From: Sulfurimonas sp.
Lineage (GTDB): Bacteria > Campylobacterota > Campylobacteria > Campylobacterales > Sulfurimonadaceae
Direction: 5' to 3'
Length of the DNA stretch: 32,830 nt
Assembly (NCBI GenBank): GCA_012963655.1
Contig: DTVI01000026.1
Coordinates: 1-32,830, forward strand
Under the pieces are notes generated by a model that was not told the DNA's origin, did no database searches, and saw nothing but the letters and a program-made list of their open reading frames with translations. Below, piece by piece: positions 9,290-17,796 of this stretch. A program made the translations under genes and the position numbers. The first letter of the stretch is position 1, and each line of letters begins with the position of its first letter.

Positions 9290-10845
9290 TGTCCTTTATC
9301 TCTAAAGGCTTTGTAAACTTTTCTTATTTCCTTCAAGCTTCGAAGCGCTACCAAGGTACAAAGCGTTTCGTATATTCTCTTTTAGAAGACCAATCCTACC
9401 CTTATAAAAAGTATTTTGATTACTTTATGATGCTTCTTATCTTATCAAGTGTGATGCTTTTGATCAGAGGTGTAAAGTATCCCTTACCTCAGTCGGCTAT
9501 CTATTATAATGATTATCTTATTTCTCTTATCTTTATGTTTGAATATCTACTTCGATTCTGGGTGCATAGCTCAGTTTCACAAGCCATCATACACCAGTAT
9601 GAAAAAGATGAGATATTAAACAGAAGATTTAGATTCTTTAAGGTGATAATGAAGTCCTTAAATGAAAAGTGGAAATATATAAGCTCTGTATACGCTATTA
9701 TAGATCTTTTGGCTATTTTACCTTTTTTCCATGAGCTTAGAATATTACGTCTTTTTATATTATTTAGGGCCTTTAAAATATTTAGATATACCAAGAGCTT
9801 ACAGCAATTTGCTCAAGTCTTATCTTCTAAAAAGTTTGAATTTTTTACCCTGATGATTTTTACATCAGTAATGATATCTGTTTCAGCTGTCTTAATATAT
9901 ATTGCTGAAGCTAATAACGATGACTCTGCTATAGATACCTTATTTGAAGCCTTTTACTGGGCCTTTATAACCTTATCAACAGTAGGTTATGGAGACTTTG
10001 TTCCTGTAACAAACCTTGGTCGTGCCATCACTATGATTATAATTATCTCGGGTGTTGCTGTTATCGCCTTTACGACTTCTATCATAGTTTCGGCATTTAC
10101 GGAACAACTTGATGGTATTAAAGAACAAAAAGTAATTTCAGATATCTCTAAAATAAAGCATTTTTATCTTATTTGTGGATATACAGAGGTGTCTTCTATT
10201 GTTACAAAACGCATGCAAAAAGATGGTCTTGCCTTTGTAATACTGGAAAAAGACCCTGAAAAAATGCTACAAGCAACTAAGGCTAAGTTACCTGTTATTA
10301 TGGCAGACCCCGCTAAACAAGATACATATGAAGAATATGGGATAGATTTAAATAAACAGGTTGTATCAGTCTTATGTTTAGAAGATTCTGATGTTCAAAC
10401 CATTTATACGGCCTTAACTATACGCTCAATAAACCCAAATATTAAAATATTATCTTACCTTCATGAGGAAAAAAATCGTAAGAAACTTTCTCTTGCGGGT
10501 GTTAATAATATTATATATCCTCAAGAACTTATAGGTGTAATGGCCAAAGAGCTTACGAGTAAACCAGTGGCCTTTGAAGTGCTACATATACTTCGAAGTC
10601 AAAGTACAGATGTTCTAATGGATGAAGTCTTAATTACTGAACGTATACTTAAGGCTAAAAAGAGTGTAAAAGATTTAGATATAGATAACACAAGTCTTAT
10701 TCTGTTAGGGATATATAAAAAGGATGAATTTTATTTTAACCCATCTTCCCAGACTGTCTTAAGTGAGGGTGATATTTTAGTTGTAATGGGTATTAACTTT
10801 GTTATAGAAGAATATTCTTTGAATTTACATAGGATGAATATATGA
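9289..10845 (+). CDS. 6TM voltage-sensor-like potassium channel with C-terminal RCK (TrkA-N/TrkA-C) domains
   Basis: An S4-like helix LRILRLFILFRAFKIFRY with spaced basic residues lies at nt 9736-9789. The K+ selectivity filter TVGYGD lies at nt 9979-9996. The cytoplasmic Rossmann-like domain has a degenerate glycine motif (ICGYTEVS). The start is GTG, overlapping the gatB stop. Confidence 0.85.
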   Translation: MSFISKGFVNFSYFLQASKRYQGTKRFVYSLLEDQSYPYKKYFDYFMMLLILSSVMLLIRGVKYPLPQSAIYYNDYLISLIFMFEYLLRFWVHSSVSQAIIHQYEKDEILNRRFRFFKVIMKSLNEKWKYISSVYAIIDLLAILPFFHELRILRLFILFRAFKIFRYTKSLQQFAQVLSSKKFEFFTLMIFTSVMISVSAVLIYIAEANNDDSAIDTLFEAFYWAFITLSTVGYGDFVPVTNLGRAITMIIIISGVAVIAFTTSIIVSAFTEQLDGIKEQKVISDISKIKHFYLICGYTEVSSIVTKRMQKDGLAFVILEKDPEKMLQATKAKLPVIMADPAKQDTYEEYGIDLNKQVVSVLCLEDSDVQTIYTALTIRSINPNIKILSYLHEEKNRKKLSLAGVNNIIYPQELIGVMAKELTSKPVAFEVLHILRSQSTDVLMDEVLITERILKAKKSVKDLDIDNTSLILLGIYKKDEFYFNPSSQTVLSEGDILVVMGINFVIEEYSLNLHRMNI

Positions 10846-11558
10846 TACAAGATATTTTAATCTTTGGTTATAACGAATATGCCAAAAAGGTTAGCTCAAA
10901 CTGTCTTTTAGACAATAACCGCGTGCATATATATGTTATTGATGAGGCTAGTTTTCTTAGTGCCAAAAATGATGGATTTCGTGTTGAGCTGGTTGAATTA
11001 GATGATGACTGGGATATTATAGGTAAGGAATTTGATGTAGACGAGATAACATGTTTTTGTATTTTAGATGATGACGCAGAAAATGTGTTTTTAACCATTT
11101 CTCTTAGGGCTGAGTATGAAAATATTGAGATTGTTTCTTTGGCAACATCTAAAGACAGTGCCGATAAACTTCGTCTTGCAGGTGCAAATAAGGCTCTCGC
11201 TAAGCTTGAAACAACGGCAAATGTTATTGTGGAATTTTTAGAAACCCCTGTAGTTACAGAAGTGATGAATGATATCTTATATAGAAATAAAGACCTTAAA
11301 CTAGCAGAATATACTATAAAGCAAAATTCTATCTTAGATGGAAAGTTTTTGCATGAAATTGAACTTCATAAAAAACATAATATTATTATATTGGCTATTG
11401 CAGATATTGAACTTGAAGCAGATTTTAGCTTTACCTATGAGGGTCAAACCCATATGGTAGATGTAGGAGATACTTTAGTGGTTATGGGAAAAGAAAAAGA
11501 TTTAGAAAACTTTGAGATAAATATCTTAGAAGAAGTGACAAATAAGGACAGCTTGTGA
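10842..11558 (+). CDS. soluble RCK/TrkA-like domain protein (probable channel gating-ring partner)
   Basis: It has no TM segment. An N-terminal Rossmann-like ILIFGYNEYAKKV lacks a canonical GxGxxG, and the C-terminus looks like TrkA-C (VGDTLVVMGKEKDLENF). Its ATG overlaps the channel stop (ATGA at 10842-10845). Confidence 0.7.
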   Translation: MIQDILIFGYNEYAKKVSSNCLLDNNRVHIYVIDEASFLSAKNDGFRVELVELDDDWDIIGKEFDVDEITCFCILDDDAENVFLTISLRAEYENIEIVSLATSKDSADKLRLAGANKALAKLETTANVIVEFLETPVVTEVMNDILYRNKDLKLAEYTIKQNSILDGKFLHEIELHKKHNIIILAIADIELEADFSFTYEGQTHMVDVGDTLVVMGKEKDLENFEINILEEVTNKDSL

Positions 11559-12448
11559 AACATACAATTGGCGTTATAGGTGCTGGAAAATGGGGTTCGG
11601 CTTTAGCTTTTGCCCTGAGTGATAATAATGAGGTGTATATCACTTCAAGAACACCTAGGGATATGAAAAACTTTGTAGAGCTAGATAAGGTCTTAGACTG
11701 TGAATATCTTATCATAGCTATACCTGCTCAACAAATTGGACAATGGTTAAAAGAAAACTTTGTATATAAAAACCAAAAGGTTCTTGTAGCAGCTAAGGGA
11801 ATTGAAGCCAGCTCAGGAAAGTTTTTAAATGAAGTTTATGCACCTTATGTACCTGAAGAAAATATTTGTTTTATTTCAGGTCCTTCTTTTGCCTCGGAGG
11901 TTATGCAAAGTCTTCCTACTGCCTTAGTTATTAACTCTACAAATGAAACTCTGGCCAAAGAATTCTCAGGATTTTTCCCTTCTTTTATAAAAACCTATAT
12001 TTCAACAGATGTTGCAGGGGCTGAAGTAGCAGGGGCGTATAAAAATGTTATTGCTATTGCTGCTGGTATATGTGAGGGTCTTGGACTTGGAAAAAATGCA
12101 GCCGCTTCTTTAATATCAAGAGGTTTAGTAGAGATGCAACGTTTTGGGATGAATCATGGAGCAAAGACAGAAACATTTACAGGCTTAGGTGGGGCTGGTG
12201 ACTTGTTTTTAACAGCTTCATCAACTATGTCAAGAAACTTTAGAGTAGGGCTTGGCTTAGCGCAAGGGAAGTCTCAAAAAGATATTTTACAAGATCTTGG
12301 AGAAGTGGCTGAAGGAATTGGAACCTCATATGCCTTACATAAGATTATGACAGAAGAAAATCTGTATTTACCTATTGCTAAGGAAGTATATGAGGTTTTA
12401 GAGGGAAAGAATCCTAAACAAAGTTTGAAGGACCTCTTAAGTCAATAA
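11555..12448 (+). CDS. gpsA: NAD(P)H-dependent glycerol-3-phosphate dehydrogenase
   Basis: N-terminal IGVIGAGKWGSALA dinucleotide-binding motif, GPSFASEV, YKNVIAIAAGI, and GDLFLT.SS..SRNFRVG. The start is GTG, overlapping the upstream stop. Confidence 0.9.
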   Translation: MKHTIGVIGAGKWGSALAFALSDNNEVYITSRTPRDMKNFVELDKVLDCEYLIIAIPAQQIGQWLKENFVYKNQKVLVAAKGIEASSGKFLNEVYAPYVPEENICFISGPSFASEVMQSLPTALVINSTNETLAKEFSGFFPSFIKTYISTDVAGAEVAGAYKNVIAIAAGICEGLGLGKNAAASLISRGLVEMQRFGMNHGAKTETFTGLGGAGDLFLTASSTMSRNFRVGLGLAQGKSQKDILQDLGEVAEGIGTSYALHKIMTEENLYLPIAKEVYEVLEGKNPKQSLKDLLSQ

Positions 12449-12462
12449 CACGCGTTAGCGTA

Positions 12463-12966
12463 TTATTTAGCTTCAATAGCTGAGGCTAATTCTTCTGTTG
12501 TACTTACACTAGAAATATTTGTAATGATATTGTTCTCAAGGCTTACAATAACAATCTTTTCAGTATCCATACCTACCTTATAACCTGTAGCTACATTTTT
12601 GTCATCAATCACTAAAACAGTATGTTTAAAATCTTTTAGTCCTGGCATAATAAACATAGAACGAATAACAGAAGGTGCTCCACTAATGTCAGCGATAAAG
12701 ATTGAATTATTATCATTTAGATAAGTATCATTCTTTGTTGCAAAAAAATCATTACATGTATGTCCCATATCTTTTGAAAAAGCGAAAACTAAAGTTGTTG
12801 TATCAGCAGAAACAGTGTGTGCTTTTTCATGTTGGTCATTTAGTGCAAAAGAAGCTGTACTTTGATTAATTACAAGCTTAGCTTCAAGGTCCTTAGGGTC
12901 TAATTCTTTAGAATTACATCCTAGAAATACAAGACTTATTAAAAGTCCTAGAATTATATTTTTCAT
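12463..12966 (-). CDS. putative lipoprotein, unknown function
   Basis: Signal peptide with a lipobox (LVFLGC). No further motif recognised. Confidence 0.6.
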   Translation of the reverse strand: MKNIILGLLISLVFLGCNSKELDPKDLEAKLVINQSTASFALNDQHEKAHTVSADTTTLVFAFSKDMGHTCNDFFATKNDTYLNDNNSIFIADISGAPSVIRSMFIMPGLKDFKHTVLVIDDKNVATGYKVGMDTEKIVIVSLENNIITNISSVSTTEELASAIEAK

Positions 12967-13111
12967 ATTTTCTCCATTTGAAATTTTTAGAATAATACAG
13001 AAGAGAATTTGTGATTAAATGATAATAATAAATTAGTCTATTATATTTAGATAAATTAAAGCATAATAACCATATAAATACAAGGTACATTAAAGTGTAT
13101 AAACGAAAGGT

Positions 13112-13657
13112 ATGAGCGTGGAAAAGATAGATCCTATACTTAGAGGCGAACATAAGATGCAAGAAAAGCTTGAAACAAAAGAGCAGGCTAATGAATTTTA
13201 TTCAAGAGAAATGATAGATTATTTAGCCCCTCAGATGAAAGATTTTATTAAAGAACAAAGCTTAGTTTTCATCTCAACCTCTGACCAAAAAGGTGAATGT
13301 GATTGTTCTGTTAGAAGTGGTAAAAAAGGCTTTGTCCTTGTGCTTGATGAGAAAACATTAGCTTACGCGGAATACAAGGGAAATGGGGTTATGGCCTCTA
13401 TGGGAAATATACAAGAAAATCCGCATATTGGTTTGTTGTTTTTAGACTTCTTCCAAGAAGACAAGGGTGGACTTCATGTTAATGCTACTGCAAGGGTACT
13501 TTCATCACAGCTAGAAGATAATGACATTAAGAAAGAATTTTTAGATAAACTCAACTTACATTCAAAAGACCTCGGCCAAAAAGAAGTGGCTTGGGTCTTA
13601 ATGGAAGTTCAAGAAGCTTATATTCATTGCTCAAAAAACATCCCAATATTTAAATAA
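13112..13657 (+). CDS. pyridoxamine 5'-phosphate oxidase-like FMN-binding split-barrel protein
   Basis: RGEHKMQEKL near the N-terminus resembles the H.GE...Q opening of this family. FISTSD.KG..D.S.R.G, YKGNG...S.GNI..NP.IGLLF and a C-terminal HCSK follow the family pattern. Confidence 0.65.
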   Translation: MSVEKIDPILRGEHKMQEKLETKEQANEFYSREMIDYLAPQMKDFIKEQSLVFISTSDQKGECDCSVRSGKKGFVLVLDEKTLAYAEYKGNGVMASMGNIQENPHIGLLFLDFFQEDKGGLHVNATARVLSSQLEDNDIKKEFLDKLNLHSKDLGQKEVAWVLMEVQEAYIHCSKNIPIFK

Positions 13658-13666
13658 CACCTTGTC

Positions 13667-14098
13667 TTATAAAAGGCTATCTGCCCATAAACTAAGTTGA
13701 ACTTGGGAAAGTGGATTAGTAACTCTATTGACTTCTTCACCATTTTTAAAAGCAATAATAGTGGGAAGACTGCTTACCCCATACTTTTTAGCAACTTCTT
13801 GATGCTTATCTGCATTGATTTTCAGAAACCTTACCTTCAAGGCAAAACCCAAGGCAGCATCTTCATAATCATCATACATAGACATACACGGTCCACAAGT
13901 AGTTGAATAGAAGTCAACCAGCACTGCTATGTCATTTTCATTTATATTGCTTGTACACGTCTCGTCTGTTACTTCTAGAGGAAAGGGGTCATCTAAGTCT
14001 GCTTGACATTGTGAACAAGGAATAGGCTCATTATTATTTTGAATTGTAATGCAATTGAGACTGTTGCACTCAGGACAGACAACTTTAAGAATTTGCAT
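13667..14098 (-). CDS. trxC: thioredoxin 2-type protein (N-terminal zinc finger plus thioredoxin fold)
   Basis: CPEC...CSQC zinc-ribbon, then a thioredoxin domain with active site TCGPC (canonical WCGPC), VRFLKIN and LPTIIAFKNGE. The architecture and length match E. coli TrxC. Confidence 0.8.
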   Translation of the reverse strand: MQILKVVCPECNSLNCITIQNNNEPIPCSQCQADLDDPFPLEVTDETCTSNINENDIAVLVDFYSTTCGPCMSMYDDYEDAALGFALKVRFLKINADKHQEVAKKYGVSSLPTIIAFKNGEEVNRVTNPLSQVQLSLWADSLL

Positions 14099-14165
14099 GA
14101 TTAACCTTTAGTTAGAATATCTCAGAAGTATACACTTTTTTGAGATTTATGTGAGATTTGTAGGT

Positions 14166-14387
14166 TTAAGTATCAGACTTAGTTTCTAGCTTATGTCTCC
14201 ATGCGGTATAGGCTGAGTAAGATGGATTTCCCTCAACTGTTTTGTCATAAGCATATTTATAACTACAGTTGTATTTTTCCTTATACTCTTTAATGACCCT
14301 TACTACCATCTCTTTATCAGACTGTTTATAGGTGCCTCTTAAAGACTTAACTAAATTTATCATTTCCATATGCATACTCATATCCAT
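14166..14387 (-). CDS. hypothetical small protein
   Basis: 73-aa ORF in a very AT-rich block. Basic and aromatic-rich, with no recognisable motif. Confidence 0.4.
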   Translation of the reverse strand: MDMSMHMEMINLVKSLRGTYKQSDKEMVVRVIKEYKEKYNCSYKYAYDKTVEGNPSYSAYTAWRHKLETKSDT

Positions 14388-14469
14388 ATTTGTCCTTTTT
14401 TACGAAATTTTACATTAATCTATATTAATATCTCTCATTTTAATAAGCCCGATTTTAGGTGGGAGTAAG

Positions 14470-14640
14470 CTAAGACTCTTGAGAAAGATAGACTTCGTTT
14501 TTTTCTATTTTTATATTATAAATACAATCTTTAAGTTCTTGTGCCAAGGCTTCAAGCTCTTTTTTTGTGTTTCTAAGGGATATTCCTCTGGCGGAACATC
14601 CTGACATATTTTTATTGTTATAGGTCATCTTGTATTTCAT
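14470..14640 (-). CDS. unlisted 56-aa ORF translationally coupled to the upstream membrane protein
   Basis: My own minus-strand translation gives MKYKMTYNNKNMSGCSARGISLRNTKKELEALAQELKDCIYNIKIEKNEVYLSQES*. Its ATG (14638-14640) overlaps the TGA (14637-14639) of the 147-aa ORF as ATGA. It is below the size cut-off of the supplied ORF track. Confidence 0.3.
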   Translation of the reverse strand: MKYKMTYNNKNMSGCSARGISLRNTKKELEALAQELKDCIYNIKIEKNEVYLSQES

Positions 14641-15080
14641 TTTAATACTTCGTCTTGATGAGGGTGTTTAGGTTTAACTAAGTAGAGGGCGACACTTGCA
14701 ATAAGCATAAAGAGTAAAAATATATAAATATTTGCAGTCAGTTTATATGAAATCATGCCAAAGATTGTAGAGCCATGAGGTACAAGCATAAAAAAGCGTT
14801 TGGCATTTTTTTCAAACTTTTCAAGAAGTTCATTATTATTGATTTCACTTCTAAGCTTATGCAGGTGTCTTTGATAAAAGAAAAGGTATAAGGCCCCCAG
14901 CTCAATAACTTTATATGAGATAAGAAAATACACAATATAGATATTATTTTCTTCTGTAAAATATGAGGTAACAGGAATATCAAAAAAGTAGTTAATGAAT
15001 ATGCCTAAGCTTGAAATAGATAATAAGATATAAAACATCATCTTTCTACGTTTTGATAGATTATCTAGAACACTTTGCAT
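14637..15080 (-). CDS. hypothetical multi-pass membrane protein
   Basis: 147 aa with about four hydrophobic helices separated by a charged amphipathic segment (RHLHKLRSEINNNELLEKFEKNAKR). No recognisable family. Confidence 0.5.
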   Translation of the reverse strand: MQSVLDNLSKRRKMMFYILLSISSLGIFINYFFDIPVTSYFTEENNIYIVYFLISYKVIELGALYLFFYQRHLHKLRSEINNNELLEKFEKNAKRFFMLVPHGSTIFGMISYKLTANIYIFLLFMLIASVALYLVKPKHPHQDEVLK

Positions 15081-15197
15081 ACAAACCCTTTTTCTAAAGC
15101 GACAGTTTAACAGAAAAGCTCTGAGCCCCTCTTTATCCCTTCAAATTTCAATTAGGAGTCTTTAAGATATAAGATTTAAAAAAAACATAGTCGATAA

Positions 15198-15965
15198 TTA
15201 CCGTTATATTGTTGTAATTACTCTGCTTGAGATGAAATTTATCTTTTTGGATTTTCTCGTGGAGCATGTACGGCAAGGGCCTGATGTGGACTTATCAATA
15301 ATTGTGGGATACTTAAAGGGGAGTACGCCAAGCTAATTTAAATAGGCTTTGAATATTATGAAAAGTTTTCACTTCCTTGGGCTCCAAGTGGACAAAAGTT
15401 TATTGAGTTTAGACAAAAGTATTGTCATATTGATAAAGAAGTAAGGTTTGTTGGGGTTTGGGATACGGTGGGGGCTATGGGAATTCCTATTTCTTTTTTA
15501 GTTTTTTTTGAAGACAAGGATAAGTTTTATGATAAGAAACTTGGAAAAAATGTCCTTATGGCTAGACGTGCCTTAGCTATAGGTGAATACAGAAGTGATT
15601 TTGAACCAACCTTGTGGGAACAAAGAAAGAATATGGACCTAAAGTAAATGTGGTTTTGTGGGGCGCATAGTGATGTGGGTGGTTCTTATAAACCTTCAAA
15701 AGATGGCTCTTTAGCCTCAGATTATCCTTTGCAGTGGATGATGAAAGAGGCTTTGTTAATAGGTCTTGAAACGGAAGCTCACTTACACACTAACTTAAAT
15801 TTAAACCCTTTAAGTCCTATTCATAATTCTAGACGAAGTTTTTACCGCGAGATACAAGCAGAAGGAAGGGGCTTACATCTTCATCCTTGGGTTAAAAAAA
15901 GATGGGACGCAGATGAAAGATACCGACCGGATAACCTTCAAGTTCATATTAATAAATATGGATAG
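15198..15965 (+). pseudogene. DUF2235 (Tle1-type) alpha/beta-hydrolase/lipase remnant with four in-frame stops
   Basis: A single frame reads LPLYCCNYSA*DEIYLFGFSRGACTARA*CGLINNCGILKGEYAKLI*IGFEYYEKF...VRFVGVWDTVGAMG...ARRALAIGEYRSDFEPTLW...DLK*MWFCGAHSDVGGSY...LQWMMKEA.... The family hallmarks GFSRGA (nucleophile Ser), WDTVGA (Asp) and HSDVGG (His) are all present. Stops lie at 15228-15230 (TGA), 15282-15284 (TGA), 15339-15341 (TAA) and 15645-15647 (TAA). About 80-100 N-terminal residues are missing. Only the last piece (15648-15965) appears in the ORF track. Confidence 0.8.
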
Positions 15966-16039
15966 TAAAATATTTTCGCTGTATTTACCTTATATTTAGA
16001 GCAGTTAGATAAAATAAGAAAAAACATAAAAGATTTGCC

Positions 16040-17239
16040 TTGATAGCTGATATTAACCGACTTCTTTCTGTCTTACACAGTGATAGAAAGCTTTTTGAAT
16101 CTCTTTTTGAAAAACGCAACCGTTTGGTGGGTGTTCACGAGGTTTCTTCTCTTATAGGAGATGAAAAACTTGAATACCTTTTAAACGTTGAACTCTTAAG
16201 TCAAACCGATGAATCTGTTGAACTTGATGAAAGAGTTCTGAGCTTTTTTGAAGAGTTTTTAGAAACCAATGAAGATGTTGAGATAGGCGATGTGGATGAG
16301 CTGCTTATCAACTTAAAGTACAACATCGAGCTGTATCAAAATGAAAAAGACAATGTCCATTCACGGGAGCGCTACCTAGGAAAAATCAAACGTATTCTTA
16401 AAAAAGTACCAAATATGATTTTAAAAAATCTTTCCCTTTTACAACTGCATATCGGACTAACCTATAAAACCCAAAGCTCCCATAAAAATAAGGTCTTAGA
16501 ACTCGAACATTATAAACTAAAGCTTGATAAACTCATCAACATCGAACACAAGGTACAAAAAGCCCTTAGTCTAGAAGAAGGCTTTTTTAACATGGTGTCA
16601 TCTCATGATACGGTCTTACTTTCCCTTCGATTAAAGGTGCGTCTTAAAGAACTCCGTGTTTCACTCATTGAACTTCAAAAACAAGTGATTGAGTACATCA
16701 ACAAAACCTTGCATCAACAGCATTTTTTCGAGCATATTATTAAGCTAAAAGAGATGAAGTCAGCCCTTGAAATAAAAGAAAAAACAAATATCTTAGAACT
16801 ATTACACATGGAAACGACGCCGCTGTTTATGTCTAAGCCCCAACGCATTTCGACACTTCTTGACACGGAGGAGGTGTATGAGTTTGGCTTTAGTGAGATG
16901 GCGTCTAAGATAAGGCATGTCATCCCAACCACTAAGGTACTCGTATCTAAGGCAGAAGTACTTGAAGATAGTTTTTTTGAGGCCGAAGAAGAAGCCACGT
17001 TTATGATAGACACGGACGCCTTGCATTTAGAGTTTTTAGGTTCGCAAACAGACTTGTTTTCTTTTATAGATACTAAAGACTTTGAAATAGAACAAAACTT
17101 AGAAGCAAAGATAACCTTGTATTGCCAACTCGCACTGATGTACGAAAACGAATACGACTTTGATGAGCACAAACGAATGAAGGTAGACCCTTATGAATAT
17201 TTATCCATTACACCCAAGAAAAATAGGACTTTAATATGA
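16040..17239 (+). CDS. jetA: JetA/MksF-like (kleisin-position) subunit of a Wadjet-like system
   Basis: This is the first gene of the four-gene operon. The protein is 399 aa, strongly helical and acidic. The assignment rests on position, size and coupling (its TGA overlaps the next ATG at 17236-17239), not on a motif I can name. The start is TTG 16040, the first start codon after the in-frame stop at 16010-16012. Confidence 0.55.
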   Translation: MIADINRLLSVLHSDRKLFESLFEKRNRLVGVHEVSSLIGDEKLEYLLNVELLSQTDESVELDERVLSFFEEFLETNEDVEIGDVDELLINLKYNIELYQNEKDNVHSRERYLGKIKRILKKVPNMILKNLSLLQLHIGLTYKTQSSHKNKVLELEHYKLKLDKLINIEHKVQKALSLEEGFFNMVSSHDTVLLSLRLKVRLKELRVSLIELQKQVIEYINKTLHQQHFFEHIIKLKEMKSALEIKEKTNILELLHMETTPLFMSKPQRISTLLDTEEVYEFGFSEMASKIRHVIPTTKVLVSKAEVLEDSFFEAEEEATFMIDTDALHLEFLGSQTDLFSFIDTKDFEIEQNLEAKITLYCQLALMYENEYDFDEHKRMKVDPYEYLSITPKKNRTLI

Positions 17240-17796
17240 ACCTTCCCAAACAATCCAAAGAAATTTTTGAAATCCTATCACGGGGTAACTTCTTATGTGA
17301 GAACAGTCCGGTACGACTAGAGCGTGACTTATACCAAGCCTGCGAAAGAGAGTTTGGTGGGCATTATGACTTTTTTGAACATCTTGGTTTTTATCTTATT
17401 CGTGAAGATGGGTACTTTTACTTCTCAAAAGAACTCTCGGCTTCTGCAAAAGAAGATAAGTTACATATGATTTTAGAATACATTGACTTAGTGGAGTTGA
17501 TGTTACAGTTTTCTGCGAGTTTTGGTGTGGGCTTTAGAACCACAGTTGGAGAACTCTCCGACGCAGTGGGGTCAAACTCGGTGTTAAAAAACTCCCTTGA
17601 TAGACTTAAAAATATATCTAAACCTCAAACCTTGCATGCCCAATGTGCTAAGGTCTTTGAAAAATTTAAAAAGGGTGGCTTTATGGCCTTAGAAGATGAA
17701 CATGAAGAACGCTACATTGTCTTGTCCTCGTATCATTACATCGAAACCTTTTTAAACGCGATACAAGTAAGCTCAACACAAGAGGAAGCAGTTTAA
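17236..17796 (+). CDS. jetB: JetB/MksE-like subunit of a Wadjet-like system
   Basis: The 186-aa second gene has the size and position of the MukE/MksE-like partner. Its stop overlaps the jetC ATG (TAATG at 17794-17798). The functional call comes from synteny. Confidence 0.55.
   Translation: MNLPKQSKEIFEILSRGNFLCENSPVRLERDLYQACEREFGGHYDFFEHLGFYLIREDGYFYFSKELSASAKEDKLHMILEYIDLVELMLQFSASFGVGFRTTVGELSDAVGSNSVLKNSLDRLKNISKPQTLHAQCAKVFEKFKKGGFMALEDEHEERYIVLSSYHYIETFLNAIQVSSTQEEAV

Noticed and set aside
12914-13162. An 82-aa minus-strand ORF spanning the lipoprotein/PNPOx intergenic region.
   Set aside because: It overlaps the 5' ends of both neighbouring genes. It is extremely AT-rich and Tyr/Leu/Ile-biased, as expected for a promoter region read as protein.
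14121-14144. A bulged hairpin (ctcagaagt/acttttttgag) between the 73-aa ORF and trxC.
   Set aside because: On the minus strand, which is the transcribed strand for both neighbours, no U-run follows it. The stem has a bulge and wobble pairs, so the evidence for a terminator is insufficient.
15198-15965. The possibility that the four in-frame stops in the DUF2235 gene reflect stop-codon recoding (selenocysteine, readthrough or an alternative genetic code).
   Set aside because: Both TGA and TAA serve as genuine terminators of well-conserved neighbouring genes. For example, jetA and jetC end in TGA, and atpB and argB-adjacent genes end in TAA/TAG at homology-consistent positions. The gene also lacks its N-terminal third. 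A pseudogene is the simpler explanation.
16714-17172. A 152-aa and a 74-aa antisense ORF inside the jetA-like gene.
   Set aside because: They sit in the locally GC-richer part of jetA, where stop codons are rarer on the opposite strand. The products are Ser/Cys-rich with no motifs. The sense ORF is supported by operon coupling.
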